Below are positions 1 to 13,899 of a DNA stretch of 64,000 nucleotides, in pieces. Position 1 is the stretch's first letter. Each line of letters begins with the position of its first letter. A program made the position numbers and the translations under genes. The DNA is from Marsupella aquatica (taxonomy: Eukaryota > Plantae > Marchantiophyta). The notes under the pieces are model-generated. The model saw only the letters and a list, made by a program, of their open reading frames with translations, was not told the origin of the DNA and did not search any database. Location: assembly GCA_973895155.1 (NCBI GenBank), contig OZ316897.1, positions 21,923,455-21,987,454 on the forward strand, in the 5' to 3' direction.

Positions 1-1887
1 CCGGAATCCAAGCCAGGTGTTCGAACGTACGTGGGAACCTCAAGCTCCGAATCTGAGGCAGAATTGCCTGAAGCTCCTACCGACGAAGAGGAGAGGGAGA
101 AGCCGGACGTCCAAGAGGTAGAGGAGGCAGTGGAGGACTGCAGCCATGATAATTCCGGCTATGGGTCGGACCATCACGTTCCAGGAGTAAGGACCTGTGG
201 CCGGTTTGTCCCCACACTTCCAAGGGTAGTGCGAGGGGACCCCAACCAGCAGAGTAGCCCTGAGTCTCCCCCACCAGATGTTGCTCCCCCGAGCTTCGAC
301 GGCATAAAACAGACGGTGCAGGAATTTCAAGAGCGAATCAAGCAGGAGGAAGAGGCCGCCCTGGCTAAGGAAAAGGATTTACCAGGAGGAGATTGGCCGG
401 AGGACATCAGGCGGCTAGCCGAAAAAGGAAGCAAACCTCTAGCCACGATTGAAGAGATCCGCAGGACGGCTTGGGAGCAGAGGCCACGATGGGCGATGCC
501 GATCACTTCTACTTACTCCACCTACGCTAAGAATAGAGCCATGGAGTATGGTGAGATGTGTGGGGAACTTGCGCTCGGCATCTTTGGAGAGGAGTTGGAG
601 GTAGGACCCTTTTTCCATAGGGAGCAGTTGGAGAAGCACCAATTAGAAGAAGCGGTGGCTTTAGAGAGAAGCAAGAAGGACGAGGTCATTCGGCGGCTTA
701 GGAGGATGGGAGCCGAGATTGAAGATCTAAGGGCGGCCAAGAAAGCCCAAGATGAACTGCGGATTAAACGACATGAGCTGAACATCATGCAGGGGCAGTT
801 GGACGCCGCGTAGGCTGATAATCAGAATATCAAGGATAAACTGACTCAGACGCAGGAAGAGTTGGCCGACACGATCAAAGAGAGGGAAAAGTGGAAGCAA
901 GAGCTGAAGAATACAGAGGAGGCCCACATAACAGCCAACAGCCAGGCCATGGCGGAGACCCAAAGAAAGGAATGGGCGTTGAAAGGGGAGCTCGAGAAAA
1001 TCCGCGGAGCCCTTGAGCAGAAGGAGGTCGAGTTAGGGAAATCCTATCAAGGGATTATGGCGCTGCAGCAGGAGCTTGCGTCCCTGACGGTCAGCTTCAA
1101 GGCCGACCTAAGGGAGAAGGACGAGATGCTCGAACAGACTTACGCCAAGATGAACCAGATGGAGTCTGTCATCATTGCAGAGCTCGACAAGGAGCTAAGA
1201 GCAACCCAGGAGGAGAGGGCTACCTTGAAGAAGGAATTGGAGGAAGCCCACAGGGAGCAGGAGGAGGCCAAAAACGAGCTGGAGGGGGCACGTAAGGACC
1301 TGGATGAAACCCAAGAGGAGTTGGAGGAAATCACGAGGAAGATGGAGAACCTACAGCGGCGGGCCGACAACCAAACAGAGCGGCTGAAGAAACAAGTCGC
1401 AGTATTTAAATGCTTAGCTGCAGCAGGTCCATCTCCCGTTGGGACAAACCAGTTACCAGGGGTGGTAATTGCCGAAGGACAAGCCGCATCAACTGCACCA
1501 GTGCCGGAAGTAAGTGGGAAGGGGAAGGGACCAGCTGCCGAGCCACCAACGAAGAAGAAGCGGAAACCTCCAGGGTCAAGGAGTAATACGACTTCACAGG
1601 CCGTGGTGATCAAGGAGGTAGACCCAGCACCGACCCCAGACAGGGTCACGGCTAAGGATCCAACTACCCTAGGGGAAGGGGAGGCCGAAGCCGTGGGAGT
1701 GGCTGAGGCCGAAGCCGTGGGTATTGCCGAGGCCGGTGTCGAGGCTGAAGCCGAAGGTGGACCCAGTCAGGCCGATGGAGAGTTGACTCGGTCAAGGGCA
1801 GGTAATCTGTTAGTAGGCGGGCCAACGGCAGTGGCTGAGGAGGAAGTGTTGGGGGCGTCCATTGAGGATCCACCACCGGTGTCGTGA
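1..1887 (+). pseudogene. C-terminal part of the long acidic/coiled-coil ORF of copy A, with premature TAG at 811-813
   Basis: ORFs 31..813 and 862..1887 are in the same frame; copy B has Gln at this position. E/K/L-rich heptads and a KKKRK NLS-like motif. Confidence 0.8.
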
Positions 1888-2808
1888 CGGTGCAAGGGCG
1901 CCGTTCCTTTTAGGGAGGGCGGACGTGGAGGGAGGAGGCGTGAGTGGGCAGGGCGGGCACGGATCTCCACGTTTAGGATTAGGATCAGAACCAGGAGCGG
2001 CCCTGACACTTAGCTTAGTGGGATTGCGGTCCCACTGGTAGGAGCAACACTTGTGCTCCTGCCTTGCTGTACATAGGTAGATTCGGGCAAGTAGATTACT
2101 GTCAGGTAGATTAGGCTTACGATGCAAAGAATGGCGGATCCACTACCAGGATAAGTACCTGGGCAGCGGGGAGCTCAGGGCCTCTTCTTTAGCAAGTTTT
2201 TAGTTTGCACCAGCCGGGCTGGGATCAAGTAGTACGAGAAGCTCTCGGTTAGTCATACAGTGACCCTTGTGTATATTCATGTTTCCTCATGCCTAAGAGC
2301 TGAATAGAGTTGGCCTCACGGCTTAGTTCGCAGAACTTGTGTATGAGATGTACTGTTTGTATGGCAAGTGCATGGTATGACTCAGTCAGAATGAGTCATT
2401 TTGCTATTTGTGTGTCGCATTAACTTGTGTGAAGAGTGCCCACATCAACAGAAGGAAGGAAAGTAAGCAGGGGAGTGAGAGTTGGATGTGTCGAGCTGAG
2501 AGAGGTCTTAGCGGCTTAACCAAGCCTATTGGGGATCATTCCGGCGGCGGAATCCAAACATACCTAACAAGACGGAGGGGAAGACAGGGGAAGACAGGGG
2601 AAGGCCTATATTAGGCCGGCTACGTATCTCATGACCCGATGAAGGAGCTGTCCAGTATATGTGTGTAAAATGTTAATAGTAGTAGTAGAAGGTTAGCAGC
2701 GTCCCATGCCGCTAAGCCGCGGAAACGGCCTCGCCAAGCACGAAACCTGCGGGAATCGGCTTGAGCTGGGGGGTTTCTTGGGTTTAGGGAGCCATGGGAC
2801 GCACCACA
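1..2808 (+). mobile_element. Partial copy A of the 4.66-kb TG...CA LTR-like unit, cut by the window start
   Basis: Reverse complement of about 14975-17806. Homology stops at ...GGGACGCACCACA (2808), after which the interrupted transposase gene resumes. Confidence 0.85.
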
Positions 2809-5800
2809 GCGTAATATACTTTTGGTTCCAAAAGAGTAAACAGGGAATACTCATCTCGTTCCCAAGACAGTAAATTTTGCCGAGGATCCTGTGTATACTG
2901 TTGTTTATACCAATCTGCCTCAAAGAATATGTCCATGTGGCCATCGAATTCGTGCATGAAAATCTTTTGGAGTACTGCTTTCCAGTTTTGAGGATGTGAA
3001 GCATCTGTACTCCCATCTACCAGTACAACAACGTGATCGCCAGGCCTGTACACTTCAGCTCTCCACACAGCTGAATCGCAATGGAGTGCAAGATTCACTA
3101 ATTTCGTGGTCCTCACTGATGTTGAATACTCCAACATCTGTCCAATGCTGCTTCAATGACATCCTGGCGGACAGCCCCAGTTTCTTTGTCAGCTTCCTGT
3201 TTGAGCCTATGCCAACCCCTTTGCTCAACAACATGTGCTTGCAACCATATGACTCCACAGAGGATATCATACTATCCCACAATTCCATCGCTAGAATTTG
3301 ACTTGAAACTATTGGCACCGAATTCCCGTGCCAGTGTGGGCATTCAGATGGTGGTACAGTGACTCTGCACCTGTGCTCCTTACGATGCTCCGCAGGTACA
3401 CGCAGGGATGCATGAACTTTCTCCAAAGCCCTCTGATGAGAGAAAAGTCCATCGTCATCTTCCCAAATGTACGACGATATTTTTGTGAAAAAGCGTCGTG
3501 CAAAATGAAGAGAATAAGTGACTTCCTAGACCTTCTGATTTGTTCTGGTGCGTCCATAGTCTGATACCATCCTCTCAAAGCGGTAGCACCAATAAACATA
3601 GTGTGGGCCATGTCGTTCTATCCCATCAAATATCTCTCCGCTCCCTAAAAATTGGGATCAAAACACATTGGGATTAGAACATCACCTCAGTGCAATGATG
3701 GATCGACCAACAATGAATACCCACTGTCATCATGATCATGTAGCAAGTGTAAACAAAATGACTCACCAGCAACATGGTCTAGAATTGCTCCATTTGGGCC
3801 CCAAGCCTCTTCTGAGCGAACTCTCCAAGAAGCTAGTAGAGACCTGCCTTTTTTCAATGTGGCTGTAGTCCAACCCTCTTGTCTACTTCTGATATAAAAG
3901 AGGCGTGCAATCTCTACCAAAAGAATCCCAAGCGTCCCAAGGTCAGAGTGGACACTAATGTCCATCTGTTGGAGGATATGAGGCAGACAATACAATATGA
4001 ATCGCGTGAACTCTTCAGCCTTGAAGTATCCCAATCTTTCAAAAGGTTGTTTAGGCCACCTTCCATCAAAACCTCTCGGTTTCCTAGCAGTAACCTCCTC
4101 TAGAGCATCTTCAAACTGTTTTTGATGTTGACGGGGAACACTCGAAACTAGAAGCTCACAGTATTTCTTGAAAAGGCACAAGGCAAGGATATGCATTGTA
4201 TCATACACCAGATCCTTGCTCAAACAAAATCCAGTAAGCTCATGTAGTCGCCAAGCCCTGGTCATGTTTGAAATCCCGCACTCCCTACTTATCTTCATCC
4301 TCTCTGCAGTTGTTCCTGCCCTGGTCATGTTCCTGGCCGCCTCCCTCACCTCTTCAATTTTCCGTGTAGGTGGTGGATATCTCATCTGCATCCTATTGTT
4401 GTCATACACAGCCCTTCCCAAAAAACCTCGGGGTTGTGATTGGTCAGTCTCCTTTCGAGGATGATCAAACTTGCACTTCATCCATCGAGTGCTCATTTTA
4501 CAATTCCTACAAGCGGAATAACCTGTAACATTCCAGCCCCCAAATTTACATTGTGCGGGATGATCGCCAGTGAAAACTGCTAACAGTGCTCGTAGCACAC
4601 ACCTAGAGTCATTCGGTACATTATCCTCTTCAGCCAATAATTCCACAGGGTAATTGTAATCCACCTCTATCCCATCCACAAACAACTCCTCCAGTTCTCT
4701 TATGAATGGTTCTAAGAAAGCATCCAAGCATTTCAGCTTTTTTTTTCCTACGTCGTCGTCATCACATGGCGGGATAAAAAGAACAGGGATAGGTGGAATT
4801 TTGGTTTGAGACCCGGCGCTTAAAACTTGGACCTCTACAGTCCAGGTGCTTTTGTGGGCAGTCTTGGCAGACTGAAATCCATCCCAGTGTGCCATGAGTG
4901 CAATATTTTGGGGATCACCCTGCATGCGGTGGGTCACACTAGTTAGACAAAAGTTACTCTATCATAACCCATAAATACCCTAAAAATACCCAGACCATAC
5001 CCTGTTCATACAAAAGTGCGCAACAACAGTAACGCAAGAAGAAATCACTAACCTTTGCAAATTGTTTCGGGGCCGTGACTCGAGATCCGCAATCTGAGCA
5101 TTGGAAGTCGTATTGTTTGCTGACATTATCCCAGTTGGCAGTATCCAACAACTCAGGACATTTATTTGGTGTTGTTGAATAGCAAGCATAACAGTTTCGG
5201 CATAACATGGGAATCTCAAACTGTGTGCCAGTGTCCCAAAAGTAGGATAGCTCGGAAGCATGGTAGCCGTCCCACCATTCCTTGTACACAGGTCTGGGCA
5301 TGGAATCCTTCTTAAACCACTTATCTTTGTCCCTCCACATTGCCTGGAACTCATGACAAACAGATCGACTGCTACATAACTTCTGCAACATGGGACCAAT
5401 GGGGAAATATTCAAACCGGAGCATCTCGTTGCGAGCCGTGCCGCAACCATCCAATGGGCAACGTTCCGAACAACGCAAACAATCCCTGGCTAGATACCAC
5501 TTCGTCCCTGCGATTGAACAACTGCACTTCAATCCAGTTCGGACATTGTAGTCATCTTGGTGCGACGGCGGTAGGACTACGGGAGCATGCCAGTTTGGCT
5601 TCTGTTCAATACACATTCTCCACCGCTGCATTTTTGGCATACCATATGCCTCAAACGTGCCACACAAACCCTTGAATGATGACAATGCATCAATTCCATG
5701 GCGTCCTCCATTCCACGTCACACCAGCGTGCCTTAGGAGTGCGCCCAGTCCTACATTTGCCATGTCGGATGGAGGGTCGGGTGAAGGTGTCAAATTTGTA

Positions 5801-6321
5801 GATGGGGGAATCTGAATCTTCCCGAATAGCATTTTCAAAATGCTATCCTGCAATGCCTGAGGCATTTTAGCCTCGTCAAGCATTGATTGTAATCTCCAAG
5901 TCTGTCGATAAATTGCTTCGTCCACGGTCAGTATTCTTCGAGGCATTATGTGGATACCATACTGCATGGGAAGCGTCTGACCAATCCCATCAACATCCAG
6001 GTCCTGCAAATCGTTTCTTCCACCGTCATCATTCCCGTCTCCTCCTGTAAGTGCCCTGTACAACAAAGTTGGGACCGTATATCTGTGTTCTTGTCGGGAC
6101 ATTTGAACACCTAAGAAGCTGGCAGAATGACCGTCTTGATGCGATAGGCCATGGCCATCCGGATGCCCACGGTCCACTAAAAACTTTGCAGGAATGACCC
6201 TGCCTGTCTTGTCATAGTTTGCATGTCGTCTTCGATTCCTTGGGCTCACAAAATCATACCCATCCCGTAAGCGCGAACATTTGTACTGACAGGTGCATCG
6301 TTCCTTCGGTTCTGGCGTCAT
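2809..6321 (-). pseudogene. CACTA/EnSpm (tnp2/Transposase_21-like) transposase, spliced and decayed
   Basis: Motifs NIALMAHWDGF, FLEPFIRELEELFVDG, FTGDHPA, CRNC, DTMH, KAEEF, HGPHYVYWCYRFER. GT-AG introns 4920-5052 and 3645-3766 keep the frame. Stop at 3526-3528, frameshift near 3063, 3' end interrupted by copy A at 2808. Confidence 0.85.
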
Positions 6322-7355
6322 GGTGCACACTGCCGTTCCTGTGTACAAAATATTGCAACGAAGTCGATTCAAAATTCCTCAGGAGGTGGATGTGCGCGGT
6401 GGGATTGTCGGAAGGATGATTGGAGAAGTTCATTATTATGTTGAATACTGTGCATAATTAGGTGGGGCCCACGGCATTCATGACTCCGGGAAAGCATTCA
6501 AACGTCCTTGTTGCATGTGAGCGAATGTGCTACAGTAGGTGGGAAACCTTATCGTTGACCCTGCAAGCCTGGGGCCACTGCCTCTAATCCCTCTAAGGCA
6601 GTCACTCACCATGTTGAATTCATGCTTATGCTATTCAAATTTGAAGTTCATGTGTATGGTTTTCTTTCTTGGGCAGCTTACTCCGGGAGTTTATTGACAT
6701 TTTTGGTTTAAAGTGCATGTTTTTTATTATTGTTGGGACATTGAAATTGTTGTTGGGCCCTGTCTAGGTCTTTATTTATTTTGTATCCGACCCATCCTTT
6801 CTTACAATATGGTCTATGTAAATAGAATTGTCATCCAAGCTTTTTAATGGCATTCCAGTTCACCAAATGCATACCAGCTGGTTATAGGGGCTGGCCACGA
6901 CATCAGCCATCTCAAATGTCACAAGATTAGTGTCACACATACTAATTATTGTGTGACCCTGAAATACCCTGCTGCCTCAATCTTACGTGCTCATGTCAAT
7001 TTGTTTTGGGGTTAAGGACCCCCAATGTACCATTTGAAAATAGGTCATTGGTTGATACCCCCTTCTTAAATGAAGATAGAGTAATGGCGCAATATATTGA
7101 AGTTTAAATAAGTAATGTAGACTATGGAATATTCCTCTAGGGATATAGTGTAGCCTAATATTCCCTTTGTTAATTCATTTTAGTACTAGTTTGTTTACCT
7201 TCATGAAGTCTATAAGCTACCAGAGTTTTAGACAAATTAACACAGGAAGAACAATAATTTTCTAGTACTAATTTACAAAAGGATCTAATGTGATAGGATA
7301 AGTAATGTTTTTACATGCATAACAAGGCATTTTTAATGCATCAAACGATATACAT

Positions 7356-7372
7356 GGGGGGGGGGGGGGGGG
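7356..7372 (+). repeat. poly-G tract
   Basis: Run of G seen directly. Confidence 0.9.
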
Positions 7373-8119
7373 TTTGTTCTCAGGGGGGTTCACTTAATGT
7401 AGCAAAAGAGGGAGGGCCGAGGGATTCTACTTTGATTTTGATTTTATCAATACGTACATAATCCGCTTTTCAATTCGTCAAACTTTAATAAAGTTTGAAA
7501 TGTAATTGAGCTTCATTTGTAAAATGTTAAGTTACACACATCAATTCAGAGTCTATCTGCTTGTCACCAAAAGTAATCTAACTTACTTGAATATAGAATG
7601 GCATGTATTTACTCTCGATCACTTCTTATATAGTGTCACACTTGTTAATGATGGTCAACCTTCAAAATCCTTAGATTACGGATTATTAATCCTTAAATTA
7701 CCCTTCCATTGACATATCATACTAGCTAGCCTTCATTACCTGTTCTTTGCACAAACATGAATAGAGGATAGTACGTATAAATCATGACAAATGGCATACA
7801 TGCTTATTATTTGACATACTGGTCATGAGTTTTCTCATCCACATGATCTACCTTGTAGTTGGCGCTTTATAAGTTGTAGTTTGCTATAGAGAACCAAAAG
7901 AACTCTTTTACGTCTCTAAACTCGGCATTCGTTCCCGTTAAGAACAAGATTGGGTTGGTTTGATGTAATAAACTAAAAATAAAGCTTAAAGCTGTTGTGT
8001 CACACATAGTAATCAATCTTGACTACTTTAATTAGGTACTTTGAAGATCGCTCTACAGCGATGAGCAGTTTTTGATGATAACTCAACATCATATAACCAT
8101 CAATTAATCAAAAGGTTGC

Positions 8120-10980
8120 AATTAACAAAACACAAGGAAAAATCTCTTAGAGTATGCTTAAGGGAGTTTGGAATATACCAAGGTTACTCCTTAGACATAA
8201 GCAATAATGGAATGACTTTAAGGGAATTCAAATCCACACGGCTTTTCAGATCTAAACTGCATACTAGAGTATCCTTTTAAAATGCCGGCAACATGTCTTG
8301 ACCTTTCTTCCTAAGTGATACTTAGTCAAGATCTAAAAGGATAAATACTTCAGCATTTAGATGGTACTAAGCAACATGAAGGTGAAAATATCATTTCCAA
8401 TGCAACTTAAACTCAATGGGTTAACTCTAAGAACTTGTGAGATTACAATGTGTCACCAAAGCGGAATCTGACATTATAATTCACGAGATTCATAACTGAG
8501 GTTTTACTTCAAGTATTTGGGTTCCAAAATACAAGAAGGAGGTAAGTCCCTCCTAGGATTGCCTGCTCTGAACTTCAAAAAGTCCAAAATCACAAGGACA
8601 ACACCAAGGGGCGACAAGTCATGTCTGACTTACTTACTTTTGTTTATTAGTAGTGGAAGATACTTATAGTGAAAAACATCGAGGAAAAACCCTTGGGGGT
8701 TGAAGAGTCATGACCCTTCAAAACCCTCAAAAAGTCAAAAATGAAAACTAAGTATGAAAAGGTCTAAAACTAACTAAGTTAAGTTTACCGTAGTATCGTA
8801 AGATCGTAATTCGTAAAAGCGTAGGTTCGTAAGATCATAAGATCGTAAAGTCATAGTCACGGAAACTTAACGATAACCCTAAACTCAGCAAACTAAAGTA
8901 TTTCTAACTTTCTAACTACAATCCAAAGTGATTGAGACTTTGCCAATGTGTTTTCCTATGTATAAGCTGTCTACTGAAAAAGACTTGATGAGTTTTGGAA
9001 TCTTAAAACATGTCTAATAAAATCGAGCGGGGTATAGTAACTGAAACTGCCTCTGACACTTAACAAAATTGCAGGTCTGCTTCAATCTTTTGGTTGTCGA
9101 ATATCCTCTGGTTCTCTAATTTCTACTTTCCAAATAGTGCGCGTCCGAATAGCTTCCCTTACTTCATCACAGTGAGGTTGATCCCGGATGTAAGGTAGAC
9201 ATCTCATCTGTCTTCCCCAATACATAAGTGGCATCCTTTTCTCCAAAAAGCACTGGTTGATTCTGATTGCTTCCCGTAAGATGCCTATGACATCTAAACA
9301 ATTGCACGAGTTGGCGTAGACAGATGGGTAGAATTGTAAGAACATCTCTGTACTCAGCATCTTGTTGTAGGAGGATCGTAATTTCCACTTGTAGAAACAT
9401 AACGGCCAGTATAGGTCGGAAGTAGACTGAATCTGTCCAGTACTCATCAAACTGAGCCAACTCCACGCGAGAGGTACCAATCATCCTGAGATCAAAAATG
9501 TAGCTAGCCTCTGCTTTCTTCAAATAATAAAACCTCCAGAACTCACTTATAGGCGGTGTATTGGCATGCATAACCTTACAAGTGGTGACATACTTCTGGA
9601 CTTGTTGCTCTGGTGTTCTAGGCTCCATTTTATAGATGATAGCGTTTCTAGGAGTCTGGGTAGAAGAAGTGACAACTGCAACAAGGTTGGGGTTAGATCG
9701 CAAGGCTGCATTAACTCTTTCGAATCCCTGATCTGGTGAGTCACAGACTGGAATATCATAGGGAAAGAAGTATTCTAGTGTGGATGGAGGATCAGAATCT
9801 TCAGAAAAGGGAAATCCTTGCTGAGAGAGGGCTGTGTGGAGTGCAAAGATTTATGAGGTAGACTATCAGTAGGCTCATAATTTGAATCAGGACTATAGGG
9901 AAACTGAGAGGATGGCAGTGGGGAGCGTGAAGGTTCAGGTCTATCAAGAAATTCATCGACTATGGAGGTGACTTCTTCTGAACGGCAGCCTAACATAGTA
10001 GTTAACTCATGGACAATCTTAAGGCAGGAGTGATGTTCTACAGATGAGCAGGGAGGAGGCTCTGAATTTGTAGGTGAGGTCTCCTTCAAGTCTGTAGGGG
10101 ATGGAACTGAGATTTGAGCCACGGTCTTAACAGCAAAAAGTTCCTCTGTGGAGAGTTGAATTTCTGCTGGAGGTGAAGATGATGGCGAATTCTCATGATC
10201 CGGAGATGAAAGTGCAGAAGGAGGAACCTGTGTCACTGCGTCATGGCGCAATTGCTCAATGGTCTCGTACAGTGTGTAGTATTGTACTTAAGACATAAAT
10301 CAGCATTTAATGTCCAAAACTCGGTATTCGATCCCATGGAAGAACAAGAAAGGAATGATTTTCTATCGTTTAACACTTATGAATGACTAAGGTCACAAAA
10401 AACATAGGTTTGAGCCTTTTACTATGATTGCTCAGCAAGGCATAGATTTGAATGTTTGCTTAACATTGTAAATGCAATTAATAAAATGGAAACAAATAAC
10501 AAAACACAATGAAATCTTGAGGTATGATGAGGGAGTCTGGAAAACACCAAGGTAACTTCTCATCAATACTTCATTTGATGTGATTTGGGTGATATATCCG
10601 TAAGAACATTTTTAGAATGGATTACTGTACTAGGATGATTACTAAAATGCCGTCAACACGTCTCAACTTTTCCTTCCAAAGGTACTCAGAAGAAACTAGT
10701 AATCAATCTCTTCGATATCCAGTCGGTACTCTGAGTCACGAATAATAAACACCATCATGATCAAATTGAAGTCACAGGTAATTGGTGAGTAACAATCTTT
10801 GCATCCGTGCACAAGCAATGTCACGCCAAAAATTATGCATCAAGAACTCAAGAAGATGGGTTGTCACCACTTAAGGAATCTATTCCCTCATACTTCTGAG
10901 ATTCAACTTCATACAAGTAATTTTACTTCAATGATCTAAACTCTCAATCATTCAGACCAAGGAAGGGAGAAGAATTCCTT
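8120..10980 (+). repeat. Diverged direct repeat pair (about 8120-8560 and 10495-10980)
   Basis: taacaaaacacaa...gagtatg...agggagt.tggaa.a.accaaggt.act and further shared blocks at both positions. Confidence 0.6.
9082..10251 (-). pseudogene. Fragmented TE-associated ORF(s) of unknown function, Ser/Pro-rich N-terminal part
   Basis: Adjacent or overlapping minus-strand ORFs 9775..10251, 9167..9703 and 9082..9480; no recognised domain. Confidence 0.35.
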
Positions 10981-11212
10981 TGTATTTGCAAGCAAAGGTG
11001 ATTCCAGTCCTGCAGCACATGCCACAGGCACTACTTTATTTCTTCACACTTGAAAATGACACAAATTCTACTTCATATAGGCTAGCAGGAACCCAAGGAG
11101 ACTGAGATACTGAAAGGACATGCCCTTTCATATCTAAAGGGTCTTGAATAAACTTAATGACGGTCATCCTTGAAAAGTGAATGGACACTGTTGAAAGTGT
11201 CAAAAATGCAGG

Positions 11213-11800
11213 GGACGCTTCAGAAAGCGTCGAGGTTTGAGCGGACGCTTTGCAAAGCGTCGGTGTTTGCGGTAAAACTAATAAACAGTGATTTTAATCT
11301 AATTTTGACTTCTAAACTAAGAGTCGGAATGAGTTGAAACTTTTCTAGGGTACTCTACTACATATAGTCTATATGCTGGAAAAGTTTCAGACTTTTCTGA
11401 GATCTCTAAGTGCCTCAAATAAATCGGTAAAAGTGACACGGTGTTATAAAAGTGCGAAAACTGAAACTTTTTCTAAGTGTTGGGAACATAGTGGACGCTT
11501 CAGAAAGCGTCCAAAACTACAAAGGACTTTTATGGACGCTTCAGAAAGCGTCGGCTGAATTTTGAGGTTTTGGTCGCAGCGTCCATCTTCTGGGCTCCGG
11601 GCGGGACGCTTCAGTGGGCGTCATAGTGTCGAGGTCACCTTCGGGGTAGCAGATGCTTCTGTGGGTGTCGCTCCTCATGTGGATTGCAGAGCGTCGGAGT
11701 ACAACTGGTTGGGTGGTGGACGCTTCAGAAAGTGTCGTGGTCTTTGGGTGGACGCTTTTCAAAGCGTCCAAAAATACAAGGGACGCTTCACAAAGCGTCG
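11213..11800. repeat. Array of about 10 imperfect palindromes GACGCTT-N4-AAGCGTC
   Basis: Copies near 11213, 11243, 11493, 11534, 11605, 11651, 11718, 11750 and 11781, irregularly spaced. Confidence 0.85.
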
Positions 11801-12264
11801 GCGAAGTTGCGGCTATGCAAAAAACAGCAAAACTAAATTAATTCTAACTTTCAAACCACATGTCGGTTTGAGATGAAACTTGCAGGGATGATTCTACTAC
11901 GCAACTACTACCTCCTGAAAAAGTATGAGACTTTTCTGACCATGATAGTTATTTAACTAAAATAGCAGAGATGGGCTGATTGTGATAATTGTATACAGAG
12001 CTCATTCTTGTTGAAAAAGTGTTTTGGATGCCGGTTCTTGAATCTTCTAGTCTGCATTGCTTCTCCAATGATGTCCAGTCTTCTTTCTTGGTAGCATGTA
12101 AAGAGCAAGGATTTATATTGGCGGTCCTTGTCCAATAGAATAGCCTCCGATGAAGCATAACATTAGGTTAAGTGTTCAGTTGATCTAAATTGCTACAAAA
12201 GGTAACTAGATTGTACCTTGAGTTAGAAAAAGTTTAAAATTTATAAAATTTCCATCATTTCTAA

Positions 12265-13269
12265 CTAATGTACAGCATTACACAGTGAATGAAAGTCACA
12301 GTTGAGCAAAGCACACACCTTACTGATCAGGGTCTGATTGGAGTCGTCCTGTGCAAGTCGAATAGGAAACTTCCCAATTCCTATGGAAAGGGGTGGTGAG
12401 GGGATCCCTGGGTAGTCTATCATCTCAGCATCTGTAGTAAGTGCTTCTAGGTCCATGGGTACCTCATCTGAAGGACTTGAATTGTGAAGACTTGCCCGGC
12501 TGCCTGGAGAAGCTGGCGATATGACGTTTGCCTCTTCTGCTGTAGTAGGCATAATTTCATCTTGTTCCCACAACTTGGAGATTTCTTCCATAAGATAATC
12601 TCTCTCCATCACCTCCTCAGGAAGTGAGCAATCAAAAGCGGAGTATAGCTGGGCTAGATAGTTTTGCAGTTGAGTTGATTGATTCGCCCTTAATGTCCGA
12701 AGTTGATCCCTCACAACATTGAAAAATACCAAAGCCCAATTGACCTTTACTCTACCACTGTGCGCAGCGATGATGGTATTGGCCAGAGAAATGGAGCAAA
12801 CAGTTGGTTTCTTGGGATGAAAAATAGGAACCAAAAATTCCAAAAGAATTCTTAGCTCCAAATGATTGCATTGACTCACATTCCAGCCATTTCTCTTATT
12901 CCGGGTACCTGAAAAGTATGGAGTTGATGTATCATCCTTGGGCGAAAGTAGCGCTTCTCCGTCAGCAGAACATCCAAAAGCATACGCGAAGTGATCTATG
13001 GTCCATTTGCTGGGCCGTCCTCGAATAGAAGTAGGCGAAGGTGAGGCGACAATTGATCCTCTGACAAAATCTTCCAGGTAGGTGTCCAACTCTGAAGTCC
13101 ATGGTAGTCGTAATAATTTCTCCAGTCCAAGCTCTCTCAAGGATTGGCGTAATGATTCATAGCTCTCTTCGGTCCTGGGGAGCCTGATGACGAGCGCTTT
13201 TGGAATTGCCACAGAATCAATGAGGTATTCCTCATCACAATCGAATGTTGCCATAGCTCTCGGGTTCAC
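12265..13269 (-). CDS. TE-associated plant-mobile-domain-like (PMD/Transposase_32-like) protein, likely start MATFD
   Basis: 334-aa open frame. GLEKLLRLPW, FSG..KRNGW...C...LRILLEFL and KVNWALVF align by eye with the N-terminal domain of the LTR ORF. Confidence 0.55.
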   Translation of the reverse strand: MNPRAMATFDCDEEYLIDSVAIPKALVIRLPRTEESYESLRQSLRELGLEKLLRLPWTSELDTYLEDFVRGSIVASPSPTSIRGRPSKWTIDHFAYAFGCSADGEALLSPKDDTSTPYFSGTRNKRNGWNVSQCNHLELRILLEFLVPIFHPKKPTVCSISLANTIIAAHSGRVKVNWALVFFNVVRDQLRTLRANQSTQLQNYLAQLYSAFDCSLPEEVMERDYLMEEISKLWEQDEIMPTTAEEANVISPASPGSRASLHNSSPSDEVPMDLEALTTDAEMIDYPGIPSPPLSIGIGKFPIRLAQDDSNQTLISKVCALLNCDFHSLCNAVH

Positions 13270-13445
13270 AATCTTGAGGTGGATGCTGATCAGATGAAGC
13301 GGAGCGATGCTTGTAAGCGTCGGAAATAGTCATGCAGAGAGTGATTCGCTCTGGTCGTAAGATTTCACGCGATGCGGCTCATAGTGTACTTTCCGCCCGT
13401 TAGTCTTGCAACTGCGTAATCTTCTAGTACCACGTAAGTTTGTAA

Positions 13446-13491
13446 ATCGTAAGGTAATAAGATCGTAAGATCGTAAGATCGTAAGATCGTA
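13446..13491 (+). repeat. (TAAGATCG)n short tandem repeat, with a related copy at about 8795-8850
   Basis: taagatcg repeated four times; a degenerate version occurs at 8.8 kb. Confidence 0.8.
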
Positions 13492-13899
13492 TCTTACTAA
13501 AAGGCGTAAAAAATGTAAGTTTAAGTGAACTTAAACTTTAGTGACCAGAAAATTTAAAAATTTGCACTTAATCTTAGCTTTTCAAGTTTACTGTATATCC
13601 ACATAAGTTCTATTGTTAAGGGACTGAGACAATTGGTACCTACCCAGCTACCTCCCAAGTTCACCTTAGGATCACGGAACTTGTTATACATGCATCTGCA
13701 AACATGCATGTTTGATTTAATCACTCTCTCAAAAAGGAATAGGAAGGTCACAAAACCCACCAATCATTTATTGACATGTGGCAACCAATGAATTGTGTGA
13801 TGAAAAGTGGGACTTTTTGAATTGTTACCCCCTTACTTCATCCCTACTTCTAAGCACTTCCTTACAAATTAATAATGACTGAAACGCCCCATACTTTGG

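Noticed and set aside
1140-1649. Antisense ORFs over the coiled-coil gene (also 16155-16667)
   Set aside because: Ser/Phe/Leu-rich shadow frames of the E/K-rich sense ORF.
11213-11800. CRISPR-like palindromic repeats
   Set aside because: Spacing is very irregular, the repeats are degenerate, no cas genes are present and the context is eukaryotic TE DNA.
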